A stretch of 64,000 nucleotides of DNA from a virus, in IMG/VR virus record IMGVR_UViG_3300046753_000522, positions 37,941 through 101,940 of that record. One strand, 5' to 3'. The stretch's first letter is position 1. Each line of letters opens with the position of its first letter. A program made the position numbers and the translations under genes. Of the stretch, positions 57,937 to 64,000 are shown piece by piece. Under the pieces are notes generated by a model. That model had not been told where the DNA came from, made no database searches, and saw only the letters and a list, made by a program, of their open reading frames with translations.

Positions 57937-58191
57937 TCAGCAGTTCCATCTCCGACGTGCTGCTTTGCCTCTCTCGCCAGTCCAACTGCGCGAACGAGCA
58001 CAAAAGGATTTGCGCCTGCCTGCTGCCTTGCCATTTGGATCAAGTTTGGAAGGTGGAGTTGTCACAGCGGTCTTGACACCTGCTGCCTTTGCACCTTTGC
58101 GAGTTAGACCAGCACCGTCTTCCACAGGTCTCTTATGACCCGACTTGACCCCGCCCTCAGATACCTGTAGAAATTCGATAAACCGCTTCAT
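57937..58191 (-). CDS. Basic protein with RRKSFCAR...WNC motif (DUF6321-like)
   Basis: MKRFIEFL N-terminus with GGGAG RBS; conserved C-terminal motif. Confidence 0.6.
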   Translation of the reverse strand: MKRFIEFLQVSEGGVKSGHKRPVEDGAGLTRKGAKAAGVKTAVTTPPSKLDPNGKAAGRRKSFCARSRSWTGERGKAARRRWNC

Positions 58192-58218
58192 TGCACTCCC
58201 CATATTTCTGTCGGGCAT

Positions 58219-58252
58219 AAAAAAAGACCTATCAAGTTGCCCTAATAGGTCT
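58219..58252 (-). terminator. Rho-independent terminator with GCAA tetraloop
   Basis: AGACCTATTAGG-GCAA-CTTGATAGGTCT-TTTTTT. Confidence 0.8.
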
Positions 58253-58260
58253 TATTTATA
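58253..58260 (-). promoter_or_regulatory. T4-type late promoter TATAAATA abutting the terminator stem
   Basis: Exact consensus. Confidence 0.75.
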
Positions 58261-58271
58261 CATGTAAAAAC

Positions 58272-58598
58272 TTACTTCTTACCAGACCACGCCTGCGCTC
58301 CGAAGAATGCTGCCACGATACCAGCAACAGAAACAAAGTAGACTGACGCCATTGACCCGAGGATCTCTGCTGCTTGGTGCAGATTCATTATCTCGGTCGC
58401 CATAACGGTCGCTGGATAGAGCAACATACCAGACAGGGCGAACCATGTCATCTTACGTTGCGCGTCTCGCATTGCATCTTGGTCTTCAAGTTCCTTTCTC
58501 TTGAACTCCATATACATCTTATGCTCTTCCTCGCTGACCTTTCGGTCACCGTTGGTATCTGCGGGATGGAATCCTGCCTTTTCGATTTCTTCTGCCAT
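58272..58598 (-). CDS. Two-TM membrane protein with an EF-hand-like loop (holin candidate)
   Basis: DTNGDRKVSEEE followed by two hydrophobic helices. Confidence 0.55.
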   Translation of the reverse strand: MAEEIEKAGFHPADTNGDRKVSEEEHKMYMEFKRKELEDQDAMRDAQRKMTWFALSGMLLYPATVMATEIMNLHQAAEILGSMASVYFVSVAGIVAAFFGAQAWSGKK

Positions 58599-58606
58599 GT
58601 TACCCC

Positions 58607-58873
58607 CTATTTGGTTTTAATAATGTCATAACCAACAGGATCAACTGTTTTGATATGCACAGCATGACCGTCAACAGTCTTCAACTTAAACTCAGTTTGC
58701 GATTTAACCTTTACAGTTCTACACGTGTAGTGCTTTGGGTTGAAGTGTACTGTCTCCGAACCATCCTCGTTCTGCACCTTACTGGCAGGAAAATAAATGG
58801 TGACCTCAAACTCATCGATGAACCAAGCGAGGATCCAGTCCCAGATTCTTTTCCAAATACTTTTCTTCTTCAT
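58607..58873 (-). CDS. Hypothetical protein
   Basis: 88 aa; amphipathic Trp-rich N-terminus. Confidence 0.55.
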   Translation of the reverse strand: MKKKSIWKRIWDWILAWFIDEFEVTIYFPASKVQNEDGSETVHFNPKHYTCRTVKVKSQTEFKLKTVDGHAVHIKTVDPVGYDIIKTK

Positions 58874-59325
58874 GATAGTGGATTGTCCAGTACTTTCTGA
58901 ATTTTATCTTCGAGGTTATCCTCGATCTCTTTGATCTTACGATCTGTTTCGCTGACAAGGGCATCTCTCTTCGTTTCAAATCTTTCGTCTGCCTTATCAA
59001 TCATTGTTCGGACTTTGTCCTCTGACTCGCGCACCATATCTTCGATACGGTCTGCCTGTGCCTCAACCGAGAGTATATCATCCCTCAGATCGGACTTAAT
59101 ATCTCTCGTGTAATCGATCGCCTCGTCGAGTTTCGTTTCGATGACATCATTCCTTGCTTCAATCTCTCCGACGTCGATGTTCTGGATAATCTCTTTCATA
59201 TCCATGTAATCTTTGTAAAACTCGAATGCACCCCAAGTCGCCCCACCAAGTGTAGTGAGCGCAGTGAGCAAGATCATCATCTTGCCTCCTTTGAATGTCA
59301 TACCGCCAAATTCTACTTCTGCCAT
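58870..59325 (-). CDS. Membrane-anchored coiled-coil protein
   Basis: TM segment ILLTALTTLGGATWGAF followed by a long coiled coil ending NPL. Confidence 0.65.
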   Translation of the reverse strand: MAEVEFGGMTFKGGKMMILLTALTTLGGATWGAFEFYKDYMDMKEIIQNIDVGEIEARNDVIETKLDEAIDYTRDIKSDLRDDILSVEAQADRIEDMVRESEDKVRTMIDKADERFETKRDALVSETDRKIKEIEDNLEDKIQKVLDNPLS

Positions 59326-59534
59326 TACTTGTCCATCTCTCTGATTGCCAATTCCCTAATATTTTCCTCTGCCTCTGCCAAGTCATCCTGTAGTATCGCG
59401 ACCTGTGTCTGTAGCAGGTGTAACTCTTCCAGTGTCTGGAAGTAGGTTGCCACAAATGTGAACAGTAAAGACAAGAAGGCGACCAAACTCTTAACCGACA
59501 TTCTAATTTCAGTTTCTTCGTTCAAAAAACTCAT
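59325..59534 (-). CDS. Small membrane protein with coiled coil
   Basis: One TM helix; start trimmed to 59534. Confidence 0.5.
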   Translation of the reverse strand: MSFLNEETEIRMSVKSLVAFLSLLFTFVATYFQTLEELHLLQTQVAILQDDLAEAEENIRELAIREMDK

Positions 59535-59570
59535 ATCATTTAAGGGGGAGCAGAACTCCCCCATTCCCCC

Positions 59571-59729
59571 TTATTCTGCTTTCCAAAGAGTCCACGCACC
59601 GTAGGCACAGAGCGCCATTGCTGCGAGTTTACCGAGCGGACCGAGCAGCAGCACGGATGCTCCAACCCCGAGACATACTGCCCCATCGAGTGAAGTCCTT
59701 TCTGCCATTCTTGCTTTTAACCAGTCCAT
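59571..59729 (-). CDS. 52-aa two-TM membrane protein (holin-like)
   Basis: Not in the ORF track. MDWLKARMAERTSLDGAV...YGAWTLWKAE; AGGAG RBS. Confidence 0.65.
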   Translation of the reverse strand: MDWLKARMAERTSLDGAVCLGVGASVLLLGPLGKLAAMALCAYGAWTLWKAE

Positions 59730-59730
59730 T

Positions 59731-60327
59731 TTATTCTCCTATTTTACAGTTACGTTTGCGGTGACCATTCCACGCCACAAATCCACCAATACGCAATGCC
59801 CAATATGCCAAATAGTTTAAGAAATGGAAACCATTTTGCTCTATGTTGATGTCTCTAAAGATTATGTCCATATCTTTTTGAGTTTTCCATCCACAGTTTT
59901 CTTTCCAGTCTCCTTTGTTCTTCGTGTACAGGGTTTCATATTTGTATCCGTAGTCGTGGACAAGTCCCCCCACTAATAGGACTCCAACAGGAGACAACCA
60001 TGATGCCAAGAACTTCGGCACTGATGCTCCGTCGAATACAAATCCTTTCGGTATGACGTAGTTTACGCCACCGATTGTGTAATGCCAATCTTTTACAATC
60101 TCCCATGTTCGACCGCCGAGTAACCACATTTTGACTGCACCCCAGAATCCCTTACCTGCGGTTTCTATCCTAACAGGTTTCATATGGGGCATTTCTTTGT
60201 ATGTGAACCCGAGCAACTCTTTGTCGTTATCGACTCCAAACAAGTTGACCACAAACCCAACAAGGATTAGGATCGCGGCAACGGTGAACATCCAAAATTG
60301 CATTGCCAAGTTAAACAGTGTTTCCAT
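59731..60327 (-). CDS. DUF1353 family protein with N-terminal TM helix
   Basis: IP.GF.FDGASVP, VHD..Y, D..F. Confidence 0.78.
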   Translation of the reverse strand: METLFNLAMQFWMFTVAAILILVGFVVNLFGVDNDKELLGFTYKEMPHMKPVRIETAGKGFWGAVKMWLLGGRTWEIVKDWHYTIGGVNYVIPKGFVFDGASVPKFLASWLSPVGVLLVGGLVHDYGYKYETLYTKNKGDWKENCGWKTQKDMDIIFRDINIEQNGFHFLNYLAYWALRIGGFVAWNGHRKRNCKIGE

Positions 60328-60768
60328 TTATTCGTACTCCTCGAACTGCATTTTTCTGAGGTTGGCGATCTCTGCCTCCAACTTCTCTACTTCTAATCTC
60401 TTCTTTCTCAACTCCAGTTGATACAGGGCATCACAATTCAGTCTCTTCTTCGGAGCACCAATAGGAATAATGATACGACCGTAAACGCCAACGTCCCGTA
60501 TAAACTGGTCGTTGTTGTACCTCTGTGCCATATAAGGATCTTCCTGCGATAAACGGTAGAGTGGATCCTCTTGGTTCAGTATACCAACAACGCCAAACTC
60601 GACATTAGTTGACGAACCGATTGCCATGGAGCATTCTGTATCTCCTGCTCGTATCCTATCATTCTGAAAACTCTGTTGTGCCTGAGGTATCGACATGTTC
60701 AATGACGAAGACTGCCCCCATACAAGAGAGGGTACAAAACAAAGAATGATCAATAGTAGTTTTTTCAT
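60328..60768 (-). CDS. Exported protein with a Cys pair and C-terminal coiled coil
   Basis: Signal peptide; DRIRAG..EC..AIG, GVYGRIIIP, RLNC..LY.LEL. Confidence 0.65.
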   Translation of the reverse strand: MKKLLLIILCFVPSLVWGQSSSLNMSIPQAQQSFQNDRIRAGDTECSMAIGSSTNVEFGVVGILNQEDPLYRLSQEDPYMAQRYNNDQFIRDVGVYGRIIIPIGAPKKRLNCDALYQLELRKKRLEVEKLEAEIANLRKMQFEEYE

Positions 60769-61148
60769 TTCGCCTTTGAGCAGATACGGGAAGCAACTGC
60801 TGCCCTACTCCGCTGTTCCTTCAACAATTTCGATACCGAGCAGATATAAACCGCCCTTTCAATGTCCTTCTTCCTAACGTAAACCTCAACCGTTTTCTTC
60901 TTCAAGTGTGGTACTTTCATCACTTTTTCTGATGTAACGAACGGTACGGGTTCCATATCAGCATCGAGTACTTGTACACCATACCACTCGACGTCTTTCC
61001 TGGAGTTAAACAACTCCATCTTTACGGACACAACTCCATCAATGTACGAACTTTCCCACTTCGGATAAGTCGGCGTCCACTGGTGGGCAATTGCTGGTCC
61101 CGAAAATATTAACAACGAAACCAGCAGTTTCTCGCATAACGAAAGCAT
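60765..61148 (-). CDS. Exported beta-sandwich protein (pilus-chaperone-like)
   Basis: Signal peptide ending AIA-H; LFN.R, YICS..., SRICS. Confidence 0.55.
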   Translation of the reverse strand: MLSLCEKLLVSLLIFSGPAIAHQWTPTYPKWESSYIDGVVSVKMELFNSRKDVEWYGVQVLDADMEPVPFVTSEKVMKVPHLKKKTVEVYVRKKDIERAVYICSVSKLLKEQRSRAAVASRICSKAK

Positions 61149-61153
61149 AGAAA

Positions 61154-61651
61154 TTACTTCGCTATGCAATCTGCTTGAACAATTGACCGATAAGTGCCTG
61201 ACGGGAATGCCCTATCAAACCCATATGCAACGTCTGAAGAAACGGAGAACCAAGTGCTACCTGCAACAGTCAAGTCATACTCCGTCTTGTTGTCATAGGT
61301 CACCTTGCCTGTCTCGTATCCAGACATTGTGGTTTCCGATACTTCTTCTACTGTTGTTGAACCTGTCCACGCAGTGTTGTCAATCAGTGTTGGACTCTCA
61401 CTGAACGACATTGGGTGAGCAATCACTGCCTTATAGTAGTTTGCCTGTAGCACATCAAACCGAACGATGGGTTCTACCCCACCATCAGCAGCATCAGTAC
61501 TGAGAGTATCTGGTGTTGAGTTGCCATAGACACCTTCTGTGTCAGCAATGATCTGACACTTTGATTGGACTTGACCGACAATTTGAACTTCTTCCGCATA
61601 AGATGCGCAGGTGAAGATGCCAGCGATGAATCCGATGATTAACTTCTTCAT
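61154..61651 (-). CDS. Exported beta-rich protein (fimbrial-subunit-like)
   Basis: Signal peptide; I.G.V.SKC near the N-terminus; G.Y...V.A.C at the C-terminus. Confidence 0.55.
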   Translation of the reverse strand: MKKLIIGFIAGIFTCASYAEEVQIVGQVQSKCQIIADTEGVYGNSTPDTLSTDAADGGVEPIVRFDVLQANYYKAVIAHPMSFSESPTLIDNTAWTGSTTVEEVSETTMSGYETGKVTYDNKTEYDLTVAGSTWFSVSSDVAYGFDRAFPSGTYRSIVQADCIAK

Positions 61652-61652
61652 A

Positions 61653-62525
61653 TTACTTTCCCTCGTATTGTTGATCAACCATTTGGTTGTGTAGTGCATC
61701 GTTCGCATAATTCAATCGCCGTAACTGTACATTGTCGGGCAATGTCGCATCCTTTAACTCAATCCTCTCCTCATACCCAGGATCAGGAATAACTCTTTCG
61801 TATGATGCTGGCACAAAGTTGAGTGCCAGCATCTGCGCGTGTAACATCTCTGCTGGTCCTTGTAGTTCGTTCAACGAAAACGTGCCCAGCATTTTCTCAA
61901 GGTCAGTCAGTACCAACTTCTTCTTCTCTTTGTCCTTTATCCTCTCGAAGTCGCGACGCTCTTGATCATCGTCACGGAATACCTGCTCACGGTCCATCTG
62001 GTCTTGGAACGATTCCCCCGCCAGATCTAAATTTGTGTCGTCAGTCTCTGGTATCACTGGTGAGTATCCTGGACAAGTTGGATTGTTCTGCGGGTTAATA
62101 CACTTGTCATCATAGCGATAGGTGTATAACACAGAGGGGTCGACAACCTGCCCTTCTCCCTCTACGACGATAGAACCGTCTCCCCAGTACTCAACGGGAA
62201 TGTAATCAACTGGTACGATCTTATTGATTGTATTCCCTGGAAGTCCAGTCCAGTCGTCGACCTCACGGAAGATATAACCGCCATCGATCGGATTCTCGTT
62301 CTGCACGGAAACGACCATGGGGTCGCTGGGGTCTTTGATGGTTGTGTACTGATACACAACTCCGTTGACCGCCAGTCCCGTGTATTGGGGAATTACATTC
62401 TGCATTACCCACTGCTGCCCACTTTGGGCAGCATTACCACTGGATCCGTAGATTACTTCAGAGGAGGAGTAAGAGCAGTAACCCAGCAAGAGCACCGCCA
62501 CCAGCAGCAGTTTTTTCTCCAGCAT
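61653..62525 (-). CDS. Exported protein
   Basis: Signal peptide; C.NPQ.NP.CPGY; helical C-terminus. Confidence 0.62.
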   Translation of the reverse strand: MLEKKLLLVAVLLLGYCSYSSSEVIYGSSGNAAQSGQQWVMQNVIPQYTGLAVNGVVYQYTTIKDPSDPMVVSVQNENPIDGGYIFREVDDWTGLPGNTINKIVPVDYIPVEYWGDGSIVVEGEGQVVDPSVLYTYRYDDKCINPQNNPTCPGYSPVIPETDDTNLDLAGESFQDQMDREQVFRDDDQERRDFERIKDKEKKKLVLTDLEKMLGTFSLNELQGPAEMLHAQMLALNFVPASYERVIPDPGYEERIELKDATLPDNVQLRRLNYANDALHNQMVDQQYEGK

Positions 62526-63006
62526 CTAAACCCTCCTCTTCGGGTTGTTCTAATTCTTCTCTCTGCCATGCTGCCTTTGCAGCGTCACCAATCATACCGT
62601 CTTTGGGGCAGGGAGTTCCTGCGTTCATCATTGCGTCGAATACTCTCTTGTCTTGGCACATCATCGACACTGCTGCCACTTTCATGCCCATATCATAGAG
62701 AGTTTTAGAATTCTTGAGACGCTCACAGTTTTCGTCTGTGAACTGAGTCCCCGTCGAGATACCAAGTATCTGAGTTTGCACTGCACCCGCAACTCCAAAC
62801 GTACAAAGGTCGGAGTTCGACGTGTTGATAGTGGGGGATATAGCGGAAGCAGGCGGTGACTTCAATTCAGTCTCCGTCTTTCCGTTTGTTGTAATCGTAC
62901 TGGTCGTTACAGACTCTGAACGAATTAGGTTGGGGTCTACTGGATCTTCTTGTCCAATTGCAATTGTACTAAAGAAGATTGCAGCAAGTGCAAGCATCCT
63001 TTTCAT
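62458..63006 (-). CDS. Exported Cys-rich protein with hydrophobic C-terminal tail
   Basis: Signal peptide; PP.SAISP, four Cys, GTPCP; ends GGGALAGLLLLLLL. Confidence 0.65.
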   Translation of the reverse strand: MKRMLALAAIFFSTIAIGQEDPVDPNLIRSESVTTSTITTNGKTETELKSPPASAISPTINTSNSDLCTFGVAGAVQTQILGISTGTQFTDENCERLKNSKTLYDMGMKVAAVSMMCQDKRVFDAMMNAGTPCPKDGMIGDAAKAAWQREELEQPEEEGLDAGEKTAAGGGALAGLLLLLLL

Positions 63007-63080
63007 CTTATACCTCAGTTTTATTATCTGTATAAAATTACTCAGGGGTGTTGCATGTACTTCAAATTCGAGTTATTATT

Positions 63081-63308
63081 TTATGCCAAGTCTTTGTCGT
63101 GGTTCAAACCACCTTTCTTCTTCTTAACGATAAAGGCATTGACCCGAGCATGTCCCCACTGCTGGGGAGTGGTTCCAGGACGGTGCCCCGTCTTCCATGC
63201 TGCGACGCCACGGTTGTAAACCTTTTTCAGAGTACCGACGGAGATACCCGATTTATCTGCTTTCGCAGCAAGTCCCTTTGACTCTTCAATGTAGTCAATA
63301 AATTTCAT
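63081..63308 (-). CDS. DUF5824-like basic protein
   Basis: VYNRG.AAW.TGHRPG.TPQQWG.ARV.AF; MKFIDYIEE N-terminus. Confidence 0.65.
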   Translation of the reverse strand: MKFIDYIEESKGLAAKADKSGISVGTLKKVYNRGVAAWKTGHRPGTTPQQWGHARVNAFIVKKKKGGLNHDKDLA

Positions 63309-64000
63309 TTCTTATCTCCATACATCTGTTTAAACTGCTTCGTGTACTTTGATGGTTTAGTCTTTGCGTCGGCATCTCCAGGAGCAGGTTTGTATGCTTT
63401 CGGGTTTGAATCCGACATCTTCGCCTGCTTCTTAAATTGTCTATCTCGGCGGGTCTTCATCGCCTTGGATAAACCTTTATGGTATTTAGCGGGTTGTGTG
63501 CCCTCGCGGTCCTTGATTTCAGAATCTTGTGCTACTTTTTTCTCGACCACTTCATCGTCTTTCGCCTTTCGCGAGGTCTTTCGCTTTTTGCGACCAACAT
63601 CAACCTCTGGTTCGGGAACGTCCACATGTCCAGCGTCCATACCGCCACCGCAGGACTCGTCGAGTTTCTCTACAGAATCTAACCACTTGCGGAGGGACTT
63701 ACCCTCAGCAATCTCAACAACAACGTAGTTGCTACCGAGAACAGTTACCGTTCCGATCTCTTCGGACTCTTTGACGACCACTTGATCGCCAACAGAGAAC
63801 AACTCGCCCTTCACAAACTTCTCTCGGGTTTCGCTGACCGATTCTAACTCAACGTGTCTCTTGAATACGGTTTCCTCTTTGATGCCCATGCCCTTACGGA
63901 CATCGGTAAACAGTTTCTTGGAATCTTTGGTGTTCATATTTCGACCGAGTCCCTGAGAGAAACTGGCGAAGTCGTTGTCTGATGCGAAAGAACGTAGTTT
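63305..64000 (-). CDS. Cytidylyltransferase-like protein, C-terminal part (5' end outside the window)
   Basis: Frame open to the window edge: KLRSFASDNDFASFSQG...KLF..VRKGM, RE.F..GE.F.VGD. Confidence 0.6.
   Translation of the reverse strand, partial: KLRSFASDNDFASFSQGLGRNMNTKDSKKLFTDVRKGMGIKEETVFKRHVELESVSETREKFVKGELFSVGDQVVVKESEEIGTVTVLGSNYVVVEIAEGKSLRKWLDSVEKLDESCGGGMDAGHVDVPEPEVDVGRKKRKTSRKAKDDEVVEKKVAQDSEIKDREGTQPAKYHKGLSKAMKTRRDRQFKKQAKMSDSNPKAYKPAPGDADAKTKPSKYTKQFKQMYGDKK

Noticed and set aside
39-63774. Most plus-strand and alternate-frame ORFs in the track
   Set aside because: They are shadows of well-supported minus-strand genes, with no motifs or RBS; only gp4 is a credible plus-strand gene
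1-64000. tRNA/rRNA genes or stop-codon reassignment
   Set aside because: Intergenic gaps are short with no cloverleaf seen; core genes are full length in the standard code

Overview
A 64 kb segment of a lytic T4-like myovirus, of the type seen in marine and other aquatic phages. The host is Gram-negative (Rz/Rz1 spanin pair). Nearly all real genes are on the minus strand; gp4 is the exception. From left to right: (1) a fibre region with two paralogous aromatic/Gly/Arg-repeat proteins interleaved with a glycosyltransferase and a 2OG-Fe(II) oxygenase-like gene; (2) baseplate/tail genes (DUF4815/VrlC-like, gp8, gp9/10-like, gp7-like, gp6, gp25, a gp5 split over several genes, gp27-like, gp53, gp48, gp4, gp29-like, gp26/gp51, gp54-like, gp2); (3) gp32, gp33 and early genes; (4) a nine-gene glycan building/tailoring cluster (six GT-like genes, sulfotransferase, methyltransferase, carbamoyltransferase); (5) lysozyme, nucleases, nrdB/nrdA; (6) basic proteins with T4 internal-protein-like N-termini, plus spanins; (7) a cassette of signal-peptide and membrane proteins; (8) the 3' end of a cytidylyltransferase-like gene. 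T4-type late promoters (TATAAATA) precede many structural genes. The best candidate for an undescribed system is virion O-glycosylation: a D-S-[A/D] tripeptide occurs 31 times in the seven peripheral baseplate/fibre proteins but only once in ten inner baseplate/hub proteins, next to a large glycosylation toolkit. Also notable are out-and-back hairpin fibres, a probable -1 frameshift joining gp26 to gp51, and the exported-protein cassette. All family calls come from recognising motifs by eye; no database searches were run.
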